A DNA stretch of 64,000 nucleotides, taken from assembly GCF_009914755.1 (NCBI RefSeq), contig NC_060925.1; one strand, given 5' to 3'. The notes beneath the pieces were generated by a model, which was given only the letters and a program-made list of their open reading frames with translations, was not told the origin of the DNA and did no database searches. How positions within the stretch are numbered: the first letter of the stretch is position 1; the number at the start of each line of letters is the position of its first letter. Source of the stretch: the human T2T-CHM13v2.0 reference genome, Homo sapiens. Shown here one piece after another: positions 40,608 through 54,285 of this stretch. The position numbers and the translations under genes are program-made.

Positions 40608-41101
40608 TGTGGTAGCCTCCAAAAATCTCAACGTCCTAACACCTAGAGCCTGCAAATATTAACCCATATGTTAAATGATACTTTGCAGATGTGATTAAAT
40701 TAAACATATTGAGACGGGGGTATCATCCTGGATTATAAAGGTGGGCCTGATACGATCACATGAGTTCTTATAAAAAGGATGCAGGAGGAAGCAGAATCAG
40801 GAGAAGGCCATGTGATAACAGAAGCAGAGGGAAGCCCAAAGACAGAAGAAGCTATGCCAGTGGTTTTGAAGATGAAGGAAGGGGCCATAAGCCATGGAAT
40901 ACAGTTGACCTCTGGAAGCTAGAAAAGGCAAAGAAATGAATTTTCTCTGGGAGTCAGAAGGCAGTAGCCCTGCTGACACTTTGATTTTAGCCCTGGAAGA
41001 TTCATTTCAGTCTTCCGACTTCCAAAACTGTAAGAGAATACATTTGAGTTAATTCACTAATTTGAGGTAACTTGTTATAGCAACAGTAAGAAACAAATAT
41101 G
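40608..41101 (+). mobile_element. MLT1D MaLR LTR
   Basis: TGTGGTAG start, CTTTGCAGATGTGATTAA, GAAGCTAGAAAAGGCAA, TTGTTATAGCA..AG.AAAC.AATA end. Confidence 0.85.
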
Positions 41102-41159
41102 CTATTTATGATCGTTCAAATCCAAGAGTTCTGCACATAGGCTGTGCCTTACGAATACA

Positions 41160-41350
41160 GCTAAATGTACTGATTAAGAACTCTAGAGCCATAATAGCAG
41201 GCTTGGATTTCCAGCTCTGCCACTTACTATTTGTGAGACTTTGTACAGTTATTTAACATCTCTGTGCCTCAGTTGTCTCACAGATACAATGATGATGATA
41301 CTAGTACTTATGCGTAGGCATTTTACAAAGAGCTAGTGTTTGTAAAATGT
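41160..41350 (+). mobile_element. MIR
   Basis: CCAGCTCTGCCACTTACTA.TTGTG.GACTTTG...TTTAACATCTCTGTGCCTCAGTT. Confidence 0.75.
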
Positions 41351-41572
41351 AGTAGAGTTTTTGATAGATAAGAGTTAAATAAGTAAACTGGGTTTAGAGG
41401 CAAACACTCAAGTTAATATTGTAGTTATGCCATTTTATAGACCAGTAATGTGGGCCATTCAACTTAACTTATTTGAAACCTTGTTTTATTAGCTGGCAAT
41501 AATATTTGCAATACACTGTAAGGCTATTTTGAGCATCACAGAAAAAAACATGAAAAAGTAGAGTCTGATTTA

Positions 41573-41630
41573 TTCATCCATCCATCCGTCCATCCATCCT
41601 TCCATCCATCCATCCTTCCATCCATCCGTC
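41573..41630. repeat. (TCCA)n tetranucleotide repeat at an L2 tail
   Basis: about 13 imperfect TCCA units. Confidence 0.9.
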
Positions 41631-42150
41631 TGTTTACAAATACTTAATAAACATCTACCATGTGTCAGTCACTCTTATGAGTCCTGGAATTATAGTGAAA
41701 ACTATCACAGACATATTCCTTTTCCTGATGGCAGTTTTATTCTAGTTAAGAACACAGAAAATAAGCAGGTAAATGAATAATTTCAGATATTGATGAGTAT
41801 GTAATGAAAAAAAATGGAAAAATGCATCTCTGTTGACTTTATATTTGAGCCAAGCCTGAATATTGAAATGAAGCTAATCATACTATGATATGAGAAAGTG
41901 AGTTTCACACAGAGAGGACAGCAAGCCAAATTCGGTATCAATTTCAATGTTCAAAAAAATCAAAAGGTCAGTTTGGCTAAAGTGTAGTGAATAAGGGAGA
42001 GGATGATATAAGATGAAATCAGAGTCAGACATGGTCCAAAACCTAGGATTTTATTCTACTTATAATGAAAACCAAAGAAAGTTTCAACCATCGGAGGATG
42101 TGATCTAATTTATATTTTTTAAAGTTATGATAGTTGTGGTGTGGTAGATA
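41630..42150 (-). mobile_element. L2 3' fragment
   Basis: ACAAATACTTAAT..ACATCTACCATGTGTCAG.CACT; TTTATTCTAG; GGATTTTATTCT. Confidence 0.65.
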
Positions 42151-42169
42151 TTTGAAGCAAAGATACGTT

Positions 42170-42990
42170 CTTTATTTTAATTTTTTAATTGACACTGTGC
42201 ATATTTTTGAGGTATACTTTGATGTTTCTATGCATATATATTTTGTATAATAATCCAGTCAGGGAAGTTAGTGCATCCATCACCTCATGCATTTATTATT
42301 TCTTTGTGGTGAGAACATTGTCCCTTCTAGCTATTTTGTAATATATAATATTATACTTTACTGTTAACTCGTTACCCTGCTGTGCAATAGAGCACCAGAA
42401 CATATTCCTCCTAAGAGTAACTATGTACCTATTGACAAACCTCCCCTCCTCTTCCCTCCCTTCCTAGTCTCTGGTAACTATTGTTCTACTCTCTGCTTTT
42501 GTATCATATATATTTACATTCCACATATGGGTGAGATCATGCATTCATATTTCTGTGTGTGGTTTATTGGCTTATTTCACTTAACATAATGTCTTCCAGT
42601 TTCATCTACGTTTTTGCAAATGACAGGAGTTTATTCTTTTTTGTGACTGGATAGTATTTGATTGTGTATATACACCACATTTTATCCATTCATCCATCGA
42701 CAGACACAGGTTGATTCTCTATCTTGGCTATTGTGAATAGTGAATCTGCATGGTAGTGCAGTTATCTCTCTGACATACTGATTTCATTTCCTTTATATAT
42801 ATATACCCAGAAGTGAGGCTGCTGGATCACATGGTGTTTCTATTTTTAGGGTTTTTTTTTTTTTAAGAACCTCATGACTCTTTTCCTTAATGGCTGTACT
42901 AGTTTAAAATCCCACCAACAGTCCTCAAAGTACTGCCGTTTAGCCACATCCTTGCCAACAGTTGTTTTCATGTTCTTTATTTTATGAGAA
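42170..42990 (-). mobile_element. L1MA-type (about L1MA8-10) 3' end
   Basis: TCCATCACCTCA..CATTTAT.ATTTCTTTGTGGTGAGAACATT; ATTCCACATAT..GTGAGATCATGC; GCTGGATCA.ATGGT. Confidence 0.85.
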
Positions 42991-43204
42991 GCCTATTCAT
43001 TCTCATTGGAAGCCTCCACCATTCTCAGAGTATGTTCAAATGCATCTCCAGGAATGGGAAGATAGGTTGCTTATAAAGGGAAAAAGATATATATATCAAC
43101 AACTATCTCTTTCTATGCAATTCTCTCTCTGTCTCTCTCTTATCTACCTATTATCTATGTATTTATATCTCCTGCTTTATCTATAATAGGTATAGATGAA
43201 TTAC

Positions 43205-43487
43205 AGTACCACAGGCTAAATCTGCCTAATACCTCTATTTTTTGTAAATATAGTTTTATTGGAACACAGTCATGCCAATTTGTTTATTATTTGTATTGTC
43301 TATTGCTGGCAGGGTGGAGTGGTTATTGCAGAGACTATATAATCTTCAGGACTCCAAATCTTTACTATCTAAATAGAAAAAAACAAAAGCAAACCAAAAA
43401 ACAAAACAAACAAACAAAAACAAAAAACAAAGACAAAAAAAAAAAAACACCCAAAAGAAACAACAACGAAAAACCCTGTCAGCCCCT
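43205..43487 (+). mobile_element. MER58A-like copy with a 100-bp A-rich (CAAA)n expansion (43375-43473) near its end
   Basis: TTTTGTAAATA.AGTTTTATTGGAACACAG.CATG; ends CAGCCCCT after the A-rich tract. Confidence 0.65.
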
Positions 43488-46400
43488 TTTCTTACAATAC
43501 ATTATTCATCCTTCTCTTGTCCTAGTCTTGGGGTTAAGACCCCTGGCCTACCTTCCTCTCCCTGTTGCTCATTTACTACCAAACCTAATTTTAGTGTTTC
43601 CTTCAACTTTCTTGCCAGTGGCTGTGTTTCAGTTTCTTTACCTGGACTTTTTTGGGTGGTTGATATCCACAGTTTAGCTTTGTCTGATGATTCTTTTGAT
43701 ATATTCTAATTAACAGTTTTTCCAGGAATGATATATGTATGTTGAATCACATATTCAAGCACAACAGAAATCCATTCTGCCATTTAACTTCATGGACTGT
43801 TAATATTTAGATAGATTCAAAATGCAAATAAATTCATTTTCTTCTTCATTTTCCACTACATGTAGGTCTTTCAAAATTCACATTGAGGATGAAAAAATCA
43901 CATAGCTGGCAGGCATGTCGCTTCAAACAGAGATCTCTTTTACTGGCAGCCACAGCATAATAGAGTCTTAGAATCTGTTTGCAGTCCATTCACAGATATT
44001 TCCCACATCTCCTCCCCACATCCATAATGTTAAGTAGTCAACATCATGATGTCCTTTTATTCTGTTAGCAATCATTCTGTTGCACGGTTATGTAATAATG
44101 AGTGTGTTACTTATTTCTTCTGGACTTTAGTTTCCTCTTTCACAAAATGAGGAGTAAAATCAGATTGTCTCTAAAATTCCTTTCAACTCACAGGTTCTGT
44201 AATATATTTTGAAGTCTCTCTGAAATTAAGCCTTGAACAAAAGATGATTCTTGAGCAAATACATGGTGAATATTAAATTAGTTTACTTCTTTACCAAGCC
44301 CCCTGTGCAAGATAAAATGTCTGCAGCACCCTCTCATGCTGGTGACACAAAGCTGCTGTTTTCAGTGGTCACTGTTGAATGCATTCACTGCCTTGATCTC
44401 TTTGATATAGTTCTGTTTACACACGTGTTCAGAACTAGCTGGAATCACATCTCATATTTGTGATTCTTTCAGAAATAAAAAATGTTCATGCCCTGAAACA
44501 GCTCCTTTTTATACCTGACAGAACAGTTTGGTCTCTGTAAATTCAGGAAGTTATCGAGTGCGCCCGCCAGGAGGTAGGGGATTTTGCAAATCTTTTAAGT
44601 CAGATAATATTTTCTCACAAATATAAATAAAATCCTTAGTTTACAGTATGTCATCTAGTGTGGCAAAGGAAGAATAGATCCAAATGAAACAGTGGCCTTT
44701 AGAAAATCAAAACACCATACCTTCCTTTAAGAAGCACTGGATTCATCTACTTTGCCATAGCTTTCTTTAATCAGATGAATGTAACAAGTTGATTAGGCTT
44801 TACAAGCGTCAAGAAAAGTCAGAACCACTTAAACTGAAAAATAGGACTCAGGATGTAAATTATTCACAGTTCATTAGACTAAGACAAGCATTTCTCAAAC
44901 ATTTCTGTATGCTTGAGAAAAGCGACATATTGAACCCTATTTTACTGTGAGGCTCAAAATGGCAATTAACAGTCTTAAGCTGCATATAAAACCCAATATG
45001 AACTGCATTTACAAGAAAATTGTGTGAGAATCAAATTATGTTATCTTTGGTTTGAAGAACTAAGAAATAATTGCCAATAAGTATTCATGTATAGGACCAA
45101 TTTTTTTGAAACAAGTTATTTTAATTACTACTAGTGTCAGGAGTATGTGAGGGTGATTTTATTAGATTTAATGTGTTTAGAGGAGCTGCCTGACTGTGGC
45201 TGCTATTCTTGACATGACATTAGAATTTATTTTATACTTGCATTTTTCATCGCAGACCACTGTTATAATAAAACTATAATTTATTTTAAGTTAATCTTTT
45301 ATTTTGCAATACTTTTTAAAAACTTCTGCTGAAAAAATAGAGCTGAATGATGAATTGCACAGCAATATTTTTAAAAGCTACAGAACATCTACTGAACTAG
45401 TAAGAAGCAAATAATGGACTTAACAGTTGTGAACTCCTCCCTATATTTGTATTAGATAATGTCTGTTTGTGTTAGATCACTTGATGATTATTCTACTTGT
45501 TGTTTTTTCTACAGTCTCTACTTTGACACAACTTTCAGTAATTTGAAATGTCCTAATCCTTCAAGTACCTTTCTCTCCCTTAAAGGCCCTACCCTCTACA
45601 TGGCAAACAAACAAACAAAAATGTTTGTAAGAGAAATGAAACAAAAACTAAAGTGTACGTTAGGCCACTGAAAGCAAACAAAATAAACTGGAAACTGTCT
45701 TTTACCGTATGATGTGATAAGTTCTCTGAAAGCTCACCCAGAAAGACAGCATCATTCTTTGTGGCAAGCAGATTGAAAATTCAGTATGTCTGAGGTTGAC
45801 ATATATGGACTTCCTTTCACCCCATCTAAAAGTAAACTGCTTTTTCACTCAGGGCTATTTTCTCGTTTCAGTCCTTGTAAATTTTCTTCACTCTGAATGC
45901 CTAAAGGATTGGCAAACATATATCTAGATTAACATATTTACTTGCAGCTGTGAATAAAGCAAAACTCAAAAAATATAGTTCAATGTTTATATTATGTTTA
46001 TATTAACATCATGTGATATAAATGAACACTTTCCTAGATTTCTATTGACTATTAATTTGCAGTCATTCTACAATGAAAGAGCTTTCAGATGGTCTGGAGA
46101 AAAAGTCAGAACCTGAAATAGAAGTGAACTGCAGTTATAAAAATAAATCTCTAGAAAGAAGAGAAGAGAAAAGAGAGGAATGTTCTAATCTTACCTTCAT
46201 CATAATCTTATTAGCATTTCTCAGTGAGTAGTTCAAGTATCAGTCTATAGTCTTATGATTCTGTCTCATAAATATGTCAAGTACAAAGTATAGTTATTTT
46301 AATAGTCTGTGTTGGTGGACCATCATGGATTTAATTAAGAGACAACTAGTGTATGAAATATGACACAAAAGCACAAGACTTAATGGAGAAATGTTTTACT

Positions 46401-47343
46401 GCAGATTTAAATCAGGGCCACAGACTTAATGATGATCCAGGCTCAGAAATCCTACTTAAATTTAATTAATGCAGACTAGTGCAGACCTGTTCTTATAGGA
46501 GAAAAAAACACAGACATAAAAAACATTAGTAATTTAAGATTCTCAAAGTACACTGCCTTATTTATAAGGTTATGTGAACATGGGTTATTAATAGCTTATT
46601 GTTTTGCATTTTGTTATGTGAGATATTTAGAATTTAAGCTGTATAAAAGTCTTTTAAAACATTATTTCTAGCCTCCTCATTTTCTGTGATAAAGCGCCAC
46701 CTCCTTTACTTCTTAGCAAAAACAGCCAAAAACACAGAATGCAGTGTAAGCCATTTTAATCAGATAATGACTGAGAGAAATGTGATTTGATTTTATGTTC
46801 TTTCAAAAGGAGCATAGGTGTTATTTCTCTAACTTCACTTTACTTATGGGCATAAACAGAAGATGCACAAATAGATAAACTTCATATTTCACTTAGTAGT
46901 CCTTGTTTTGTTGTTGTTGTTGTTTTCATTAGAACCACTGAGTTGGAAAATCTGGCATCTGTATTATCTATAACCTTACTATTATCACAGAAAGAAACAA
47001 TCACCAGGAATGTTATAAATTTATTGAAAAGATATAATTTTTATTACCTTTAAGGAACTTGAACAATTTATGAGGCGTAGCTTCATAACATTTACTTGTT
47101 AATAGACTTACACTAAGCCATACCCAAGATCACTTGTCTCAGTTCTTAAGAGTAAGGTTTCATATTTTCTGTTTTGTTTTTGCTTTTTAATTCTTCTCAA
47201 ACTTGTTTTGTTCTTAAGGATATCTTACGAATAATTTTAAGGGATTCAAAGAAGATTAATATAAGTTTTTTTCTGACACCTTCAGATTCTGTGCTATCCA
47301 GTTTCGGAATTTGTGCATTTTGAAATTGTTCCAAGATTTCTTT

Positions 47344-47614
47344 CTTTTTTTTTTTCTTTTTTTTTTTTTTTGAGATGGAGTCTCGCTCTGTTGCCCAGCC
47401 TGGACTGCAAATTGTGCCATCTTGGCTCACTCCAACCTCCGCTTCCCGGGTCCAAGTGATTCTGCTGCCTCAGCCTCCTGAGTAGCTGGGATTACAGGCA
47501 CAAACCACTACGCCAGAGTAATTTTTGTATTTTTGGTAGAGACGGGGTTTCACCAAGTTTATCAGACTAGTCTCAAACTCCTGACCTTGTGATCTGCCCA
47601 CCTTGGCCTCCCAA
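47344..47614 (-). mobile_element. AluS, 5'-truncated
   Basis: stops at GGCCTCCCAA; perfect 13-bp TSD CCAAGATTTCTTT at 47331-47343 and 47615-47627. Confidence 0.93.
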
Positions 47615-49201
47615 CCAAGATTTCTTTAACATGTCTTTTGTCAGTAACCCTTTCTGCAGTGTCTGCATGATTCTCAGTGAACCAAATTATTTCTCTCTTA
47701 ATTCAGAACATTAGCGATTAAGAGCAATTTGTTATTTCTTGCCCTTGTTTATCATTAGTGGTATGTATTTTACCTTTTGCTAATCTCATCATTTCCCTTG
47801 ATATATTTGGGAAAATGCTCTCATTCACTTCATTTCTCTACAATAAATCCATTCTGCCTTACATATTTGATTGTTCTATGTGTACATCGCAGTTGAGGTA
47901 ACCTATGCTTAGTTAAGTTTCTTCGTTTCTTTATTTCCAGTATAGATGTTTCTTTTCTGGATCACCATTTTTGTGTGTGGAAAAAGAATGGGTTCTTTCT
48001 TGCTTTTTTACTTTTTAAATCTATTCTTGATGGCATGTACTTATTTAAAATATGCTTTACAACTTGGATATGTGGATATCCTTTTTTATTTTTAAAAATT
48101 GAAGGTGGTCTCTGTGGCTTCATAAGTATTATCTATATTCACAGTTTTAGCATTCATTTGTTTGATTTTGAGCTCTTCTACGATCCAAATGCCGCTAGAT
48201 ATATCAAAGATTCACTGATGGTTAGAACAGCTTTTTGAGATTTTGATTAGGATAACTTTTAAGAGGTTGGTTGTTTTAGAAGGCAGTTAAACTAAATAAT
48301 AATAGTTTTATTAACCTTTTATTACTTAAAAATAGTCATTGCAATGGTTCTTTAATAAAGGGAGAGCAGGTGTTTAACAGAACTCACCTTTCTGACATAA
48401 AACTACCAGAAACCAATTATTTTGCATCATCAAAGATCTAATCAAAGTTACAAAGAAATACCATTAAGTATGGATTAATATTTTTAAGTCATCTAAGCAC
48501 TTATCATACAAGTATCAATTCAGATTTTACAAAGACGAACCTGCAATTCTGATTTTTTAAAAATATATCAGAGGAATTTTAAAATATATTTTTAAGTGCA
48601 TTGATCAAAAGTACAATAGTCTCCTATAGTATAACTGTGATTTAGAAAACAGCCAAGCCCTGAGTTTCTAGCATGTTTGTGTGAGATCTGTTTTTCATCT
48701 GTCATTTATATAAATTATGCAAAAGTTCACTGTGTCTTTATTTTATTTCTCCATTTTTCTTTGTTGCCAGCGTCATTAAGACAAATTCAAAGGTCATTTA
48801 AAATGACCAAAATCAACCTACAGCAATATTTAAATTTTTATTCCATGAAAAGGTCTGAATAAATTTATATTCATACAATATATTTTATGGTGTACAAATA
48901 ATATTCAATGGGATCAATTTAAGTATGAATACCAAGGATTGTAAGAATCCTTCCTCTTATTTGGAGAAGAATTCTATTTCCCACAACACAGTAAACTAAA
49001 ACCTGCATACTACAAACCTGAAACACGCTAAATAAAATTTGACATCCTATTAAATAAATATATGAAGTTGTAAGAAATTAAGTGAAATCTTCTGTGGACC
49101 CAAGCAACAAACTGGGAGAAGAAATTACTGGAGGTGAGCTGGCATTGAAGCTGCCGAATGCCCCCTGGGTCTGCAGTCTCTGATAGTCATAGTCTCTCTA
49201 C

Positions 49202-49332
49202 TCAGTGCTGGTTCTCAAAACAGTAGAATTGGTACCACCTGAGAACTTGTTGGAAGTGCAGAATTGTGAGCCCTACCTTAGACCTGCTTATCGAGAATCT
49301 GTCTTTTAGTTACATGCTTATATGATTTGTGT
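49202..49332. mobile_element. MER5A/B fragment
   Basis: GGTTCTCAAA...CACCTGAGAACTTGTT.GAA.TGCAGA...TTTGAGAA. Confidence 0.6.
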
Positions 49333-49803
49333 ACATATGGGGTTTGAGAAGTCTAAATTATAGTTTCAGTTAGTGTGTGTGGAAAGGTGAACAAAAAAAA
49401 AAAAAAAAAAAACTTTTGGCCTTTACAGGGTTAGGTCTTGTATTGTAGGCTTATTCCATCCAAAACCAGGGCTTGGGAAAGGCCATACCTTCAGGGAAAG
49501 GATGAACTGGGCTGGTGGAGGAGCAGTTCTCTTCAGAGTGAGACATCAAGAAAGCTTTTAGTTCTTAGCATTGGTTCTCTGTGGAAAAAGAAAAATTACC
49601 TCCCTGAGAAATCATAGCCTTTAGTAGGCCCTTTTATGGTTCAAAAGCTTGAATCTTTATTAATTTTACAAATTGAAGAGTCACAGTTTAGATTTTCAGA
49701 ATTTTTATTAAAGTCAACCGAGTTTATTAGTGTACTAAAGTATCTGGCCAAGGCAAATATATATATTAGCCAATTGGAGATTATTAAGATTCACACTTAA
49801 AAC

Positions 49804-49805
<2 letters not shown>

Positions 49806-49841
<36 letters not shown>
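49806..49841. repeat. (TG)n microsatellite
   Basis: about 17 TG units. Confidence 0.95.
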
Positions 49842-49842
<1 letters not shown>

Positions 49843-50059
49843 CATTTCTACTAGTTTTCTTTGTTTTTTATTTGTTTTTTCTTTTTTCTCTCTTATTGTC
49901 TTCTTTTCATTGTTTGAGGGTTTTTTCCTCTATTTTATCCAGTCCCGTGAAAACTATAGAAGCTGTAAACTCTATTTTTGTTCTTTGTTGGTTACTCTAT
50001 AAAAGTCAAGTCCAATGATTATATTTACTCCTTAGCATGAGTTAACTCAGATCTAGTTA

Positions 50060-50250
50060 CAGCACACAGTGTGCTATCACTGAATGTCAGGCTCCATTCT
50101 AATTACCTCATTTAACCCTCACAAAAGCCCTGTGAGACAAGCACTATTATTACCTTCATTTTATATGAGAGAAAAATAAAGCCCATGATGTTTAAGTTTA
50201 CCAAAGATACATCATTAGAAAATGTTCAAGATGGGATTGGAGATTAGATA
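50060..50250 (-). mobile_element. MIR
   Basis: CTCATTTAACCCTCACAA.A.CCCTGTGAG...CATTTTATATGAG. Confidence 0.7.
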
Positions 50251-50325
50251 ATTTAGGGCCAGAAATTATGCTCTCAATTGTTATACTGGAAAACCTCTGC
50301 TGATTGTTCAGTATGTTAGGTCTGT

Positions 50326-50336
50326 CATGTGCGCGC

Positions 50337-50382
<46 letters not shown>
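50326..50382. repeat. (CG)4-(TG)n alternating purine-pyrimidine tract
   Basis: CATGTGCGCGCGCGTGTG...GT, 57 bp unbroken alternation. Confidence 0.95.
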
Positions 50383-50384
<2 letters not shown>

Positions 50385-50869
50385 AAATCCACCCAATTAG
50401 ATTTTTATTATTTGTATACTCATTTTTTATTTATATTTAACCACATGCTTATCATTTCTTTTCTCGACTTGACTTTCCATAACTCTGACCTTCTTTCTGG
50501 GGTCATGTTTCTCCTTATTAAAGAATATTCTTTAGAATGACAGTCTGTTAGTTAAGATGAGCAAATCTAACTGAAAATGCCTTTATTTCTCCCTGAAAAT
50601 ACCATTCTAAGTTGACGTTATTTTCTCTTGGCACATTGAATATATTATTCATTGTTCTCTACTGGGTTTCAAAGGCTATCCACATATATTATCTTATTCC
50701 AGCTGCACAAGAAGCATCAGGATATACTTATATTTTCCTGTTTATAAACTTTTGTTTGCTTGATCATTTTGCTTATCTGTTACTTCAAGAATTGTTTGCC
50801 TAATATAATGAGATCATTTTTACCTTTTATTGAATATTTACTATGTATCAGGTACATAAGCTCTTTACT

Positions 50870-51203
50870 TTTCTTTTCTCATTTAGTTTCTTTTTGTTTG
50901 TTTGTTTTTCCTTTCTCTTTGGGATAGGGCCTCACTCTTATCCAGGCTGGAGTGTAGTGGTGCAATCATGGCTCACTGCAGCCTCGACTTGCTGGGCTCA
51001 AGTAATCCTCCCACCTCAGCCTCCTGAGTGGCTGGGACTATAGGCATATGCCACCATGCTTGGCTAATTTTTGAAATTTTCTGTAGAGACAAAGTCTCAC
51101 TGTGTTACCCAGGTTGGTCTCCTGAAGTCCTGGCTTCAAGCAATTCTCCCACTTTAGCCTCCCGAAGCACTCAGTTTACAGGTGTGAGCCACTGCACCTG
51201 GCC
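50870..51203 (-). mobile_element. AluJ inserted into a MIR remnant
   Basis: ATCATGGCTCACTGCAGCCTCG, GGGCTCAAG; MIR motifs on both flanks. Confidence 0.9.
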
Positions 51204-51429
51204 TTTATTTACTTATATATCTCACTTAATCCTCATGATAACTCAGGGCCAATCATGACAACAGGGGAGCAGAAGCGCTTGGTAGAAAACTTTCAAAAAT
51301 TATGAAATCGGGAAATAATATTGAATCTGCAACCAGAGATGGAAAAGCCATCCTTTTGGTCTGTCATAAAGTCCTGACAAATTAGTAATTCTATCCAGCA
51401 AAGAGGACCTAGGAAGCATTTGCAATACA

Positions 51430-54285
51430 ATAAATAATTCATCTTCCATATAAACAAATTAAAATATTAATTAAAAGTTTTTGTCACCATCAAAGTGACC
51501 AAATTTTTAAAAGTAATAAAATCTAATGCTGATGACATTCCTAGAACATATTTTATTTCTTTTGTAAAATATTTTTATTTTTGCTTCAGATGTACATGTG
51601 CAGGTTTGTTATCTAAGTAAACTCATGTCACAGGCGTTTGATGTACAGATCATTTAGTTACTCAGGTACTAAGCATAGTACCCAATAGTTATTTTCTCTA
51701 ATCCTCTCCTTCCTCCACCCTGTACCCTCAAGTAGGCCCCAGTGTCTGTCGTCTTTGTTTCCATGTGTACTCATAATTTTGCTCCCACTTATAAGTGAGA
51801 ACATGCAGTATTTGGTTTCCTGTTCCTGTGTTAGTTTGCTAGAGATAATGGCCTCCAGGTCCATCCATGTTCCTTTAAAGGACATGATCTCATTCTTTTT
51901 TATAGCTGCATAGTATTCCATGGTTTACATGTACCACATTTTCTTTATCCAGTCTACTGTTGATGGGCTTTTAGGTTGAATCCATGTCTTTGATATTGTG
52001 CGTAGTGCTGCAATGAATATATGCATGCATGTGTCTTTGTAACTATTTATATTCCTTTGGGTGTACACCCAGTAATGGGGTTGCTGGGTTGAATGGTAGT
52101 TCTGTTTTCAGTTCATTGAGGAATTGCCATGCTGCTTTCCACAATGGTTGAACTAATTTATACTCCCACCAGCAGCATATAAGTGTTCCCTTTTCTCTGA
52201 AACCTCACCAACATCTATTATTTTTTGACTTTTTAATAACAGTCATTCTGACTGGTGTAATATAATATCTCACTGTGGTTTTGATTTGCATTTCTCTAAT
52301 GATTAGTGATATTGAGCTTTTCTCATATGTTTTTTGGCTGCGTGTGTGTCTTCCTCTGGTGTCTGTTCATGTTCTTTGCCCACTTTGTAATGGGGTTGTT
52401 TTTTTTCTTGTAAATTTTTTTTAAGTACTGTATAGATGCTGGATTTTAGATCTTTGTCAGAGACATCGTTTACAAATATTTTTCCCATTCTATAGGTTGT
52501 CTGTTTACTCTTGTGATAGTTTCTTTTGTTGTGGAGAAATTCTTTGGCTTAATTAGATCCCATTTATCACTTTTTGCTTTTGTTGCAATTACTTTTGGTG
52601 TCTTTATAATAAAATTCTTGCCAGTTCTTATGTCCAGAATGGTATTTTCTAGGTTGTATTCCAAGGATTTTATAGTTTCAGGTTTTGCATTTAAGTCTTT
52701 AATCCATCTTCTGTTGATTTTTGTATATGGTGTAAGGAAGAGGTCCAGTTTCAATATTCTGCATATGGCTAGCCAGTTATCCCAGCGCCATTTATTGAAT
52801 AGGGAGTCCTTTCCCCATTGCTTGTTTTTGTCAGCCTTGTTGAAGATCAGATGGTTGTAGGTGTGTGTCTGTGCTCTCTATTCTATTCAACTGGTCTATG
52901 TATTTGTTTTTGTACTAGTACCATGCCATTTTGGTTACTATAGCCCTGTAGTGTAGTTTGAAGTTAGATAACATGATGCCTCCAGCGTCATTCATTTTGC
53001 TTAGGATCACTTTAGCTATTAAGGCTCTTTTTTTTAGTTCCATATGGATTTTTAAGTAGTTTTTTTTCCTAGTTCTGTCACTGGTAGTTTGATAGTAATG
53101 CACTGAATCTGTACGTTTCTTTGGGCAGCATGGCCATTTTAACAATATTGATTCTTCCTATTCACAAGTACAGAATGTTTTTCATTTGTTAGTGTCACCT
53201 CTGATTTCTTTGAGCAGTGTTTTTCAATTCTCATTGTAGAGTTTTAGTTAGCTGTATTCCCATGCATTTCATTCTTTTTGTGGCAATTGTGAATGGGATT
53301 TCATTCCTGATTTGGCTCTTGGCTTGGCTGTTGTTGGTGCAGAGGAATGCTAGTGATTTTTTTACACTGATTTTATATCTTGAAACTTTTTTAAAGTTGT
53401 TTATCAGCTCAAGGATTTTTTGGGCAGAGACTATGGGGTTTTCCAGATATAGAATCATGTCATCTGCAAACAGGGACTGTTTGGATTCCTCTCTTCCTAT
53501 TTGGATGCCTTTTATTTCTTTCTCTTGCCTGATTGCTTTGGCCATGACTTCCAATACTATGTTAAATAAGAGTGGTAAAAGAGGGCATCCTTGTCTTGTG
53601 CTGGTTTTTAAGTGGAATGCGTCCCGTTTTTGCCCATTCAGTATGATGTTGGCTGTGGGCTTGGCATAGTTGGCTCTTATTATTTTGAAGTATGCAGTGT
53701 GAAAGAATATGTTCCTTCAATACTTAGTGGAAACTTACTTTTATACACTGCATATACAGTGTACATCAGGACATGTAAACAGTAAAACTTTTTCAATGGC
53801 AATCTTGCAAAGGCTTGATTATATTTTGAACTAATATTTCTACTTTTAGAAATGTATGCTAAGAAAATAATTTTCTAAATATCAGAAAAAAATCTAAATA
53901 TTAAAATTTCCCCTACATTGCTTATAATACCAAACAATTGAAAATAACCTAATGGGCCCAAAATATGCAAACATACAAAATTTAATTAAATGCATTCATT
54001 TTAATGCTATGTGGCCAATTAAAATGTAGTTTTAAAGAAAATTAACAATATAAAAATTATTAACGATTTAAAATTAAGTTCAGAAAGAGGTTATGAAATG
54101 GCATATATGTTGTGATACTACTTTTTTTGTAAATATGTATAGATAATTATAAATATAATACTGAAAGGAGGTATAGTAACATGATGTCTCTTTGGGAATA
54201 ATTACAGAAATTTATTCACCTGTTTCTTATTTAAAATTTTGATATTTTCAGTAATAACCATATATGATTTTGTAATCAGAAAATA
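51430..54285 (+). mobile_element. Ancient L1ME-type 3' region, interrupted by the younger L1 at 51550-53729
   Basis: CAAATTAAAA...TCACC.ATCAAA.TG.CAAA left; ATTTCTACTT.TAGAAAT.TAT.CTAAG.AAATAAT and TTTGTAATCAGAAAA right. Confidence 0.5.
51550..53729 (-). mobile_element. L1PA15/16-like, 5'-truncated, about 2.2 kb; disrupted ORF2 (RT to C-terminus) and 3'UTR
   Basis: minus ORF pieces [14 protein letters not shown]...[39 protein letters not shown] with frameshifts and stops; diagnostic 3'UTR. Confidence 0.93.

Noticed and set aside
43291-43677. 128-aa ORF with lysine-rich stretch and hydrophobic tail
   Set aside because: Translation of an A-rich microsatellite in MER58A plus T-rich flank; TTG start.
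51658-53669. Reverse transcriptase-like ORFs (FADD motif)
   Set aside because: Broken pieces of a dead, truncated L1 ORF2, not a gene or a novel RT system.
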